From Macrostomum hystrix (Eukaryota > Animalia > Platyhelminthes), in contig CATNEN010000037.1 in NCBI GenBank assembly GCA_950097015.1, forward strand, positions 3,906,001 through 3,970,000: a DNA stretch of 64,000 nt, read 5' to 3'. Numbering within the stretch: the stretch's first letter is position 1; every line of letters starts with the position of its first letter. This document shows positions 1-11,040 of this stretch, piece by piece. The position numbers and the translations under genes were made by a program. The notes beneath the pieces are model-generated. The model was not told the DNA's origin. It ran no database searches and was given only the letters and a program-made list of their open reading frames with translations.

Positions 1-900
1 AAACAATTGCAACTGATCCCTAAACAATTGCAGCTGATCCCTAAACAATTGCAGCTGATCCCTAAACAATTGCAGCTGATCCCTAAACAATTGCAGCTGA
101 TCCCTAAACAATTGCAGCTGATCCCTAAACAAGTACAGCTGATCCTTAAACAATTGCAACTGATCCCTAAACAATTGCAGCTGATCCCTAAACAATTGCA
201 GCTGATCCCTAAACAAGTACAGCTGATCCCTAAACAATTGCAGCTGATCCCTAAACAATTGCAGCTGATCCCTAAACAATTGCAGCTGATCCCTAAACAA
301 GTACAGCTGATCCCTAAACAATTGCAGCTGATCCCTAAACAATTGCAGCTGATCCCTAAACAAGTACAGCTGATCCTTAAACAATTGCAACTGATCCCTA
401 AACAATTGCAGCTGATCCCTAAACAATTGCAGCTGATCCCTAAACAAGTACAGCTGATCCCTAAACAATTGCAGCTGATCCCTAAACAATTGCATCTGAT
501 CCCTAAACAATTACATCTGATCCCTAAACAAGTACAGCTGATCCCTAAACAAGTACAGCTGATCCCTAAACAATTGCAGCTGATCCCTAAACAATTGCAG
601 CTGATCCCTAAACAATTGCAACTGATCCCTAAACAATTGCAGCTGATCCCTAAACAATTGCAGCTGATCCCTAAACAATTGCAGCTGATCCCTAAACAAT
701 TGCAGCTGATCCCTAAACAATTGCAGCTGATCCCTAAGCAATCACAGCAGATCCCTAAACAATTGCAGCTGATCCCTAAACAATTGCAGCTGATCCCTAA
801 ACAATTGCAGCTGATCCCTAAACAATTACAGCTGATCCAAAGGCGATTTCAGCTAATTCCTGGACAACCACAGCAGATCCCTAAACATTTGCAGCTGATC
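1..900. repeat. 21-bp minisatellite (CAGCTGATCCCTAAACAATTG), about 42 copies, probably intronic in the PP2A B55 gene
   Basis: Direct tandem periodicity of 21 bp; explains the LIPKQLQ and FRDQLQL repeat ORFs. Confidence 0.97.
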
Positions 901-1042
901 GCTAAAATAAATACAGCTAATCCCCATACAAAGCACGGTTTTCAACACCTTGACAATATTTCATTGTGAATATAGTTCTTTTTGGACTGATAGCCGATTT
1001 TCATGCTATCTGACCGAGTCCTGTCGCCCCTCCCCTATCCAG

Positions 1043-1376
1043 ACTGGTTCTAACCGGTTCCTACAACAACCTGTGGCGCGTATTCGACCGCCAATCTGGT
1101 GGCGCCGATGTCACCCTGGAGGCCAGTCGTGATGGCGTGGCGCCCGGCTGCGATTTGAAGCCGCGCCGCGTGGTCCTCTCCGCGGCGGCCAAAGCGGCCG
1201 CTGCCCAGAGCGGCGCCGGGCAGCACGCCGAATTGTTGACAGCGGACAGTTTAGACTTGCAAAAGAAGATCTTGCACCTGGCCTGCCATCCAAAGCATAA
1301 TTGCGTGGCACTGGCCGCCACTAACAACCTCTACCTGGTGGTGTCTCCTTCAGCCGGTCAGGTCGTTAATAATTAA
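1043..1376 (+). CDS. PPP2R2: Terminal coding exon of PP2A regulatory subunit B55 (PPP2R2/twins family); upstream exons lie outside the window
   Basis: After the acceptor cctatccAG| the frame reads LVLTGSYNNLWRVFDRQ..VTLEASR..LKPRRV..DSLDLQKKILHLACHPKHNCVALAATNNLYL, matching the B55 C-terminus (MTGSYNNFFRMFDR, TLEASRE, DSLDFNKKILHTAWHP, ATTNNLY). Stop TAA at 1374-1376. Confidence 0.92.
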
Positions 1377-1812
1377 GTAGTGACAGAGTCCCAATAACAT
1401 TATTCTTCCGTGTCTGTGACTGGTCTGTTTGCACGCGAAACTCCCCTGTGTTGTTCATTACTCAGTCGCTCACTTACTTATAACTGCCTAGAATTCACCT
1501 GTTCTTTCGAAGCCCTGCAGAGCAATTATCTAATTTGGTGTTTTAAGCAGAGATGCAAACAGAAAGCTGCTTATTAAGTCAGTTAAAAAGCTAGAAATTT
1601 GTCAGGTGCAAAAAATAATACTCAAATTCAACTTCTTAACCGTTCCATCATGAGCTTGCCTTGCTTCCTTTCTGTGCTTCTCGTTGATTATATTATCTCG
1701 TCTCTCGCTGTCATTAACTTTTTTAGTTGAGTTCGGTTATAACTTTTTCATTACAGGTAGGATTAGAAAAATCTCTTAAATATATACTTATGTTGCTAAT
1801 GTGCAACTAATG

Positions 1813-2013
1813 CTACTATTAGTAATATAATGTGTGCAAGTCACTCGATAAATTCTCGCAGCGCTACTATTAGTAGTATAATGTGTGCAAGTCACTCGAT
1901 AAATTCTGTAGCGCTACTATTAGTAATATAATGTGTGCAAGTCACTCGATAAATTCTCGCAGCGCTACTATTAGTAATATAATGTGTGCAAGTCACTCGA
2001 TAAATTCTCGCAG
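1813..2013. repeat. 51-bp tandem repeat, about 4 copies
   Basis: Unit CTACTATTAGTAATATAATGTGTGCAAGTCACTCGATAAATTCTCGCAGCG repeated. Confidence 0.9.
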
Positions 2014-2983
2014 TATTTTTTCCATTTATGCTCCCGTTGCAAACAAAATTAATTAACAAATCTAGCTGTTCACTTTTAAGCATTAAGCGTGAAGCGAGGC
2101 GGTATGCAATTGTCATGAGTAATATTTCCGTTAGTGATTTTCAGTTTTGCTTACAAAAATATTCAGCAAGCAAAGTAAGTAATTTTTATACTTGTTCTGA
2201 GCAATTCGCGATTCTTGCGTCCCCGACATTTTACACACCGCATAGGCATGAAAGTTATTGTGCTTCATCATTCTCTATACTAGTAATCTGCAATAGTGCA
2301 TTGGTGGTAATAGAACATTTCTAGTTTATTATAAATGTACTGAATTTCTCTTGCAGTAAGTGATAACATCTATTTAATTCGACGCATTCACGCTAAATGC
2401 GTTTTTTAAAAAGCAATCTGTGCCCCATCACGCGTTGCTATTCTCCTGTCTCACTGGTGTTTTTTTTAATAAGATTATCTGTTTCCAATACCGTAAAGCA
2501 TTGATCAATCAGGCTCCGCACTTGTGTGCAACGCCCACAGCGCTGTGCCAGTCACCTGTCACTCTGTCTATCATTTTTACATGCCTCGTCTGTCTGTGCC
2601 TGTCTGCCCATCTGTAGTGCGCTCTCCTCAAATATTTCGTAACATTTCTCATGCAACACACAAACACGAACCTTTACAGTAGCTTACCTGTTTTTTGTTT
2701 CGTAAAACCGTCTTGTCTGTGAAGATTTTAAATAACATGGCGACTATTTTTTCTAGTGTTCACTTTCTTAAGGTTACTTGTCATTGTGTTGGCCCACCTC
2801 TATCTGCTTATTTAGTTTATGACAAATGCTCCATCGCAAGAAAACATTTCTATGGCTAACTGCGCTTTTATTTCTATTTCAAATTAGCGCCAAAGTTGAT
2901 TGCCTCTGCTATATCTGCCCCTCACTGACCCCTCTGTAAGTTCAGTTGCATCTGCATGTTACACTACTGTCTGACCCCTCCTC

Positions 2984-3505
2984 AGTAGGCTGTTCCACTC
3001 ACTGTCTCTCTCCCTGTAGTAGGCTGTTCCTCTCACTGTCTCTCTCCCTATAGTAGGCTGTTCCTCTCACTGTCTCTCTCCCTGTAGTAGGCTGTTCCTC
3101 TCACTGTCTCTCTCCCTATAGTAGGCTGTTCCTCTCACTGTCTCTCTCCCTATAGTAGGCTGTTCCACTACTGTCTCTCTCCCTGTAGTAGGCTGTTCCT
3201 CTCACTGTCTCTCTCCCTATAGTAGGCTGTTCCACTACTGTCTCTCTCCCTGTAGTAGGCTGTTCCACTACTGCTCTCTCGCTGTAGTAGGCTGTTCCAC
3301 AACTGTCTCTCTCCCTGTAGTAGGCTGTTCCACTACTGTCTCTCTCCCTATAGTAGGCTGTTCCTCTCACTGTCTCTCTCCCTGTAGTAGGCTATTCCAC
3401 TACTGTCTCTCTCCCTGTAGTAGGCTGTTCCACTACTGCTCTCTCGCTGTAGTAGGCTGTTCCACAACTGTCTCTCTCCCTGTAGTAGGCTGTTCCACAA
3501 CTGTC
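2984..3505. repeat. About 33-bp minisatellite (AGTAGGCTGTTCC..CTGTCTCTCTCCCTGT), about 15 copies
   Basis: Direct tandem periodicity. Confidence 0.92.
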
Positions 3506-4806
3506 TGAGCCTTCAGGTTACTGCAGTGAAATCACAATCAAGCACTTCCTACTTAATTTAGCGTTGCAGCAACAGTCTTAAATATGAAACATGAAGCTCC
3601 GATTCGTTTTATTATGATAAGAACCGTATTAGTTGTAAACAATTCATAATGCTGTCATACTCGCTTTGCTTTATTTATAAATAGACTTCAACCCGTGTTA
3701 AAAATTTTTCTAGCTCAATGCTACGTTTTTTACATATGACCTTCATCAGTTCCGAGCTTTCCCCAACATTGTGTCGACTTGCCCACCCAAGTCTGTTGTA
3801 TTCATCCGATATTTGCGCCGCTCAACCCTCGGTCAGCTACTTATAAAACACGCCCCTCCCATTCTGCTCCAGTTGAAAATCAAAAATGTGATTTCCACGC
3901 TATTTTACTATGCCGATCATTCACGTTGAGAAGTTGTGCTTTTATCCGCTTTGTGTCTGCTGCCCTAGTTTAGAACAACTCCGATTGGACACACCAACTG
4001 TCTATTAGTTTCCTCAATTATAAAGTTATAACAACGCTTTTCATTTTCAAATTCAATTTGCCACTTATGTATGACATAGATTACTATAAGTACGCATTCT
4101 GTTAGCCAGATTGTTAAAAACTTAAAAGTTAGATAAATTGATGTTCGGTAGTTTATTGTCTCTCTTTCTGTCTGCTGCTCCCGTGTTTTTGTGAGTTGCA
4201 TGTTTGCTGTACGTATATCATAAACAATTTATTTTTTAACTATCGTCTCTCGTGTACTGTCCGCCCAGTTCACTTTGTCTGTCTGTATCGTATGAGAAAA
4301 TGAAAGAAAGCACAAAATATATCTTGGCAATATAAATTATATATATTTATTTATATTAATACGTGCTTATATATTATTCTTGTTACTATTCTCATTTCAT
4401 AGGCTAATTTTCGTAGGGTCAATTTTTCTTATTTTTATTGAAATTCTGCTGGTTCGCTTGCACCTTCATTGCAAAAGAAAAAAACGCAACAAAATATGAC
4501 TTTGATCTTATTGTTTGTTTCTTATTTTCTCATGGGTTCTTATAAATACAGTAAATACGCAATTTGGGTACTTGACAGACTTGTGATTCGACGAATAAAT
4601 GTTAAATACTTATAGAGTAGTTGTCTTTGTTGCTCGGGAGCCACAGAATCGTGTTTCGAAACAATCATAGATATCCTGGGGATTGCACACACCTTTCTTC
4701 GTAAGACTGATGCTTAAAGTTTTTATAGTTCCGTGAAAATCTTAATTGAAGGGTCATTCACAAGACCGAAATAATGAACGAAAGCAAATTATTTCACTAG
4801 ATGGTG

Positions 4807-5033
4807 TGTCGGATTCATCTAGCAATCCTCCACGTTAATTCAAGCTTGCCCTACTGCGCTAAATTTAGCTCCTTGTTACACCTTGTTTACCCATAGACAC
4901 CCCCAGCCTCAACTGTACTCTTAAATTAAATACAAAGTCGCCCAGCCGTTCCCCAAAAGAAACTACACACACGCATGTTCGTTCTAGCAACTTAAGCTTA
5001 ACATAAAGCCTTTGTCTCAGTCAGTTGACGACA
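4807..5033 (+). repeat. 5' LTR (227 bp)
   Basis: No difference from 10814-11040 on base-by-base reading; 5-bp terminal inverted repeat TGTCG/CGACA. Confidence 0.96.
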
Positions 5034-5036
5034 AAT

Positions 5037-5054
5037 TGGTAGCAGAGCGTGGTT
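5037..5054 (+). promoter_or_regulatory. Primer-binding site complementary to the 3' end of initiator tRNA-Met
   Basis: TGGTAGCAGAGCGTGGTT, 3 nt after the 5' LTR; TGGTAGCAGAG is the reverse complement of the eukaryotic tRNA-iMet 3' end (CTCTGCTACCA). Confidence 0.8.
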
Positions 5055-5071
5055 TGTTTGGCACCAAGGCA

Positions 5072-8000
5072 ATGGTCAACACTCGCGCGACCTCAGCCGA
5101 GACTGGGGATACAACCGACCCGATTTCTGGGGATCATGCAGGACAGGAGCAAGCAACGGGAGGGGCGACCGCTGGACCATCGGCACCACTGCTTCAGCCG
5201 ACAGTTGCCGGCCAGCCGCCAGCCAACCAGGACATGCTTCAGCACCTACTCGGCGTCATGGTCACCATGATGCAGCAAAACCAGCAACTACTTACTCAGC
5301 TTCAAAGCCAGACAGCGGCAGCCCCACCGGCGCCAGCGGCGGTGCCAGATGCGAAACCCACTGCCCACGGCCCGCCGCCCGGCTTCCTTCGTCGGCGACA
5401 GCGTCCTGCGCAACGCACGACTACCGACATTCGATGGTGAGGACCCCCGCCGCATTCCCAGCGTTCTGGGGCGCGTTCGATCATCGAATTCATGCCCTAG
5501 AAATGTCTCCCGTCGACAAGTTTGAGGTCCTTCGAGGTCTCCTCACGGGGGCCGCGTTGCGGAAGCTCGGAGGTCTGGACACTTGCCAGCCCGGCGCGTA
5601 CGAGGAGGCGCGGCGGATTCTGGAATATAACTACGGCGATTTGCAAGAGCAGAAGAGCGCATGCTACAAACGCCTCCTGGACATGCCACGTCTCAACGAC
5701 GTCGACTTCCGAACGCTGGAACCCTTCGCGGACGCACTTCGTCTCACTGTGGGTCAGCTTGCCCGGCTGCAGGAGCCGGAAGCGGCGATGGACGCATACA
5801 TCGACGCCTTGTGGCCGAAGTTACCTATCGCGCTCCGGACAGACATTCAGGACGCCCGCATTAAAGCCACTCAGTCGCCCATGCCCACTATGACCGACTT
5901 GCAAGGACACTTGGACGCGAAGCTACGCGTTCTCCGTGCCGCCAGGACTGTGACAAACGAAGCTCCAGCCGAAGCACCCTACTCCGGTGCCAGTCTCCTC
6001 GGCGCGGCATCAAACTCTTGCCCACCGGCCGCGCAGAACTCAGGACGCAGCTACGCCGCCGGCAGACATCAGCATGGCCCTAGTCGCAAAAACACCATCC
6101 GCTGTCAGGATATCGCCGGATGCGTCTACTGCGACCAGAGCGGTCACAATGCGTCTCGCTGTGACCGTGTCACCCAGCCCGAGGACCGATTCAGTGCTGT
6201 CCGACGGAAGAAAACTGTGTTTCAATTGCCTTGGGGATCACGAGGCACGGCATTGCCCCTCTTCCAGCCGGTGCCGCAAGTGCGGCTCCAAGCACCATAC
6301 CTCTCTTCATGGCGCTTACCCGAGGGAACCCGCCATCCAAACTGGAGCAGGCCCCTCGGCGCACTCGCGAAGGCCGCATCAGCCGATAGTCAATTCGCAT
6401 CTCAGTGACACCTCCCCCCTTGTGGAATCGACGGAGGATTCATCCGGCCCTGTTAACGCCATCTCCTGCGTCTCGTCCGCGCAGGATAGCCTCCTTCAGC
6501 CCATAGTGATGGCCACCTTCTCTGCTCCAGCTGTGAACCCGGCAACTGGGGATTCGGCTCCGATCACGGCCCTTATCGATGGCGGTTGCAGCTACACCTA
6601 CCTTCGAGGCGACATAGCCCGGCGAATCGGCCTCCAGTCCCTCGGTACAATCAGCCTCGACAGCTCTGCGTGTCATGCCGAATCTCGCCGTCGCGTGCAC
6701 GCCAACATTGTTCGCCTGGAATTAGCCACACTGGATGGTCGACGCATGCCGCTGAAGGTGCTCTCAGTCGAGAGGATTGCTCCAGCCATTCACTTACAGG
6801 CGCTACAGCTTCCGAAAGATATTCTAACAACCCTCGCCCATCTGCCTCTTGGGATTGCCAATGCACCCCCGATGGTGGACAAGGAGGTGGACCTGGATCT
6901 GCTGATTGGAAATGATTATGCACAGTTACTCGTAGGCCCGAGCGTTGGTGCAATACCCCTACGTCGCAGCTTCACCGCTCACCTGACCCCGTTTGGAGCT
7001 GTCCTTACCGGCTCCCTCACAGGAACCTCGGACACCCATGCCATCTGCACCCGGGCCACCGAACTCCTCTGTACCGGGCGCCTCATCGTCAACTCACTCC
7101 ACGGCTTGACAGAGCAACCTGTCCCGGACAACCTGTCCCATCTGGAGCTACTTGTAGATAGGATGACCAGTCTCGAGATCCTCGGTCTGGGTCCAAACAC
7201 AGAACGGACCACGCAAAGCGAAGATCTCCAGACCAAGCGCCTTCTGGATTCTGCCACTCGGGAACCCGATGGCCGTTTCTCAGTCGCTCTCCCCTTCAAG
7301 CCAGGAGCCGAGCAGCTTCCTTCGAATTTCGGCCAAGCCTATGGCCGTGCTCGCGCAGTTCACAACCGCCTGGATCTCTTGCAAACGCATGAAGTACTAC
7401 GCTGAGTTCGAGAAACGTAAAACCGAGGGCGTACTCGAGATCGTCGACAGTCGGTCGCCACCTGGACCGATCGTTCACGTCCTACCTCACTTCCCGGTGA
7501 TAAAGGAATCAAGTAACACAACAAAAATACGACCCGTCGTTGACGCCTCCGCTCCGACATCCCTTGGAGGCAGCTGCTTGAATGACCTCCTGGAGACTGG
7601 ACCAAACCTCCTAACCGACCTTCTCCAGGTCCAGCTCCGTCTACGAGTCTACGAATACGCCTGCGTCAGCGACATCCAGTCTGCATTCTATCAGATAATG
7701 GTACACCCCGGGTGTCGAGACGCTCTACGCATCATCCTGCCGAGAGACATCGCCAAGCCACTAGACCAAGACAACATGCAGCTTTGGCGCTTCACGCGGA
7801 TCGTAATGGGCGCCAGCCCATCACCCTGGATCCTTCTCACGGTGATCCACAAACTCTGCGCCGACGCCCATCGCCGGTGGAACCCACCGTTTCGGACTCC
7901 ACAAGGGCGAGGTTGAATCTATCCCTTCTGGGCTCTACATGGATAACCTCGTGCAAGGCTACGATTGCAAGACCGAGGGCCCTCGTTTCGTCGCTGGACT

Positions 8001-10693
8001 GCGGGCTCTATTCCACTCGGGGCAGTTTCCACCTCCGGGAGTTCGCAGCAAACGACTCACAGGCTCTTCAGGGCCTCCCTGAGGAAGATCGCGTTGAGAA
8101 CCCAGTCGTCAGAAACCTCGGTATCGTCTGGGACACCGTCAATGACACCATCCGACTTGCCAAGCCTACGATTTCATGCGGCATCACGCTTACTCGCGCC
8201 AGCTTACTGAGCGTCATCTCCCGCCCCTACGATCCATTTGGATACGTTGCCCCCCTCGTTCTGGCGGGCCGACTTCTCTACAGGGCGGCATTCAAGCCTA
8301 ACGATGCCTGGGACACTCTGGCCGATCCTGCCACCGTTGACGCTTGGTCCAGGCTCCGTTCAGACTTCGTTGACATCGACCGCATTGTCATACCTCGTCG
8401 CTGCGTCACGAAGCGCACTGTTCCCAGTCGCCTGGTCATCTTCAGTGATGGTTCACCACAGGCGTATGGCTTCACCGTCTATCTGCACCACACTCACGAC
8501 GGTCGAGTGACCACCACCCTCATCTACGCGAGAGCACGTCTCGTCCCAACTGGCAAGAAAGGCCTACTAATTACCGTTCCGCGCATCGAACTCTGGGCCG
8601 CTCTTATCGCTACCCGCGCGACCCTTCTCTTACGAGATATCCTTACTCCAATGCTAGAGATCAGCGGTATAACCCACTTTATCGACAGCCAGATTGTCCT
8701 TTACTGGCTCATGGACGGTGCCAAGCTCCGTCCCTACGAGTGCCACCGCGTCCAGGAGATACGCAACTCCGGGTTGACAGAGGACCGCCGCTACGTTCCC
8801 ACTGCAGAGAATCCGGCCGACCATTGTACCAGGCCCCTAACACTGACCCAGCTTATCGCGTCGAACTTCTACACCGGTCCCGAGTTTATTCAACGGCCTT
8901 ACCATACGTGGACCTCCTGGCCGCTCCCCGGTCAGTCCGTCAACCCACCAGAGGAAACTCGGCGTAAAGATAAGCCGTCTATTTCGCTTCTGCACGCTAC
9001 CAAAGGCGTTGAGGAGCCCCCACCTGGAGACATGGATATCACTCGTTTCGGATGCCTCAACACCCTGCTCGGTGCAACCGCATATGTCGTCCGCTTCGTC
9101 ACGAGGGACAGGACCCGCGGAGTCCCAGGCTTAAACGCGCGCAACGCCGCCCTCCTTCTCTGGGTCCGGTACACACAGCGTTTACATTACCTCAAGGACA
9201 TGATCGCTCTTCAATCGGGCAACCCTGGGAATTGTCGGCTGGTGAATCAGCTTGCCTTGTATCTTGATACCGACGGTTTCGTCCGCTTGAGCTCACGCAT
9301 GGCCAACGCCAATTTGGACGCTGATGCACTGCACCCGTTGCTCCTGCCCTCGAGGAGTCACCTCAGTTATTTATTGATCCGACATATCCACGAGCAGGAG
9401 GTACACGCGACTGCCTCCACAGTTCTTAGTCGACTGAGGGAGCGCTTCTGGATTGTCCGTGGCCTTGCCACTGTGCGCAACGCTCTACGTGGCTGCCTTG
9501 TTTGCCGCGCCTCCAAAGCGCCACCCATGACTCGCCCACATCATGGTCAGCTGCCACCTGAACGTTTGGACTTCACGCAGCCCGCTTTCCGCTCAATTCT
9601 CATCGATCAGTTAGGACCGATATATACATGGGCGTCCACGACAAGGACGTCAGCCAAGCGCTGGGTCCTCATCCTCTCCTGCGCGACCAGTCGTGCTGTG
9701 CACCTAGAACCTCTGACGGACTACTCCGCGGACGCGGTGCTCCACGCGTTTGAGAGATTTTGGGCCCGGCGAGGCCTCACGGAAGGTACAATCTTCCTCG
9801 ATCAGGCGACGGCATTCCAGGCCACCGCCAAGCTGGTAGATACCCTCCTGGCGCCGACGTTCCAGCACAAGATCTTCACGGATCTTCAACCTTTTGCTAC
9901 CACCCGTAGACTCCGTTTCAAGTTCGCACCGGTCCGTTCCCCTTGGCACCAGGGTGCGGTGGAAAGGCTTGTCGCTCTTACCAAAGCCAGCCTACGGCCG
10001 GCACTCTGGCGTCGTCGGATCGATGACGATGAACTGCGGACTCTACTCTGCAGGGTTGAAGCCGTACTCAACACACGCCCCCTCACGGCTCTCAGCAACG
10101 ACCCAAGGGATATGCGCCCACTGACACCGGCACATCTTATAGCCCCAAACGTCTGCCTCGACCTGCCAGCCGCTTCAGAGAGTCTCCTACCACCGGCGGA
10201 CTCGTCAACCGGCAACGTACTACGGGCGCTCTACTACCGCAGGGAACAGATTATCGACGCCTTTTGGGATCGCTGGCGCCGCGAATACCTCCAGCATCTG
10301 CGATCAATCCATCTGGCAGAACGACGACGCAATCCAGGGGTAACCCAGCAGCCTCGTCAGGATCAACTCTGCCTTCTCGTTGAGAGCACACCTCGTGCCA
10401 GTTGGAAGACTTGTCGCATCCTAGCCCTGCACCCGGATGCACAAGGCGTCGTGCGCTACGTCACAATCCGCACCAGTGCCGGTTACGAATCCCGGCGTCC
10501 TGTCGAGCATCTCGTCCCGCTGGAGGCCGAAGTTGTGGAGCCGGATCCAGAAATCGGCGCCAGGGCGAAGACCCAGGACAGCTCACCGCAGTCGCCAACG
10601 GCAACTAATGTCACGGCTGTACCGACTTCGGTCCGCTCTCTTCGCGCCCGTAAGCGGCAGGGAGTCCGAGACGCCCTGTTTGACATTCCCTGA
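5072..10693 (+). CDS. BEL/Pao gag-pol polyprotein, split by six +1 frameshifts in this sequence (about 1871 aa if repaired)
   Basis: Gag LPTFDGEDP..F..FW; zinc knuckles CVYCDQSGHNASRC and CFNCLGDHEARHC/CRKCGSKHH; protease LIDGGCSYT; RT LPHFPVIK..KIRPVVDAS, SDIQSAF and YMDN (7936-7947); RNase H FSDGS..AYG, VPRIEL, DSQIVL, ENPAD; integrase HHCC, D(QLGP)..D(QATAF)..E(RLV), and FWDRWRREYL. Confidence 0.9.
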
Positions 10694-10813
10694 GTGCTAC
10701 TTCGTGCACTATGAACCTAGAGTTTACCTCAAAGAGACTAAAACTGATGTTCTATCTTCCGCTTCCTAATTTCCTACGCCGTATCCTAGCCATCCGTACA
10801 GCCCCCCCCAATC

Positions 10814-11040
10814 TGTCGGATTCATCTAGCAATCCTCCACGTTAATTCAAGCTTGCCCTACTGCGCTAAATTTAGCTCCTTGTTACACCTTGTTTACCCA
10901 TAGACACCCCCAGCCTCAACTGTACTCTTAAATTAAATACAAAGTCGCCCAGCCGTTCCCCAAAAGAAACTACACACACGCATGTTCGTTCTAGCAACTT
11001 AAGCTTAACATAAAGCCTTTGTCTCAGTCAGTTGACGACA
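10814..11040 (+). repeat. 3' LTR (227 bp)
   Basis: Matches the 5' LTR; followed by TSD TGGTG. Confidence 0.96.

Larger units (their letters stand above)
4807..11040 (+). mobile_element. Full-length BEL/Pao LTR retrotransposon
   Basis: 227-bp LTRs at 4807-5033 and 10814-11040 (TGTCG...CGACA termini); TSD TGGTG at 4802-4806 and 11041-11045; internal gag-PR-RT-RH-INT order with BEL/Pao motifs. Confidence 0.97.

Noticed and set aside
7-969. Long repetitive ORFs (LIPKQLQ; also 27991-29349, 30340-31053, 44020-44612, 47027-48136, 48165-49532, 53745-55127)
   Set aside because: They are stop-free readings of minisatellites, often open in several frames and on both strands, and several lie in introns of well-supported genes.
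2556-2738. Possible two-exon minus-strand mini-gene (gccATG..CAG|GTAAGC, phase-compatible next exon)
   Set aside because: It gives only about 36 aa before a stop with the next plausible acceptor, has no recognisable homology, and its AT-rich codons are unlike the real genes here.
5272-8022. Programmed ribosomal frameshifting in the retrotransposon
   Set aside because: Six shifts, several inside conserved domains, with no slippery heptamer plus structure; BEL/Pao elements use a single ORF.
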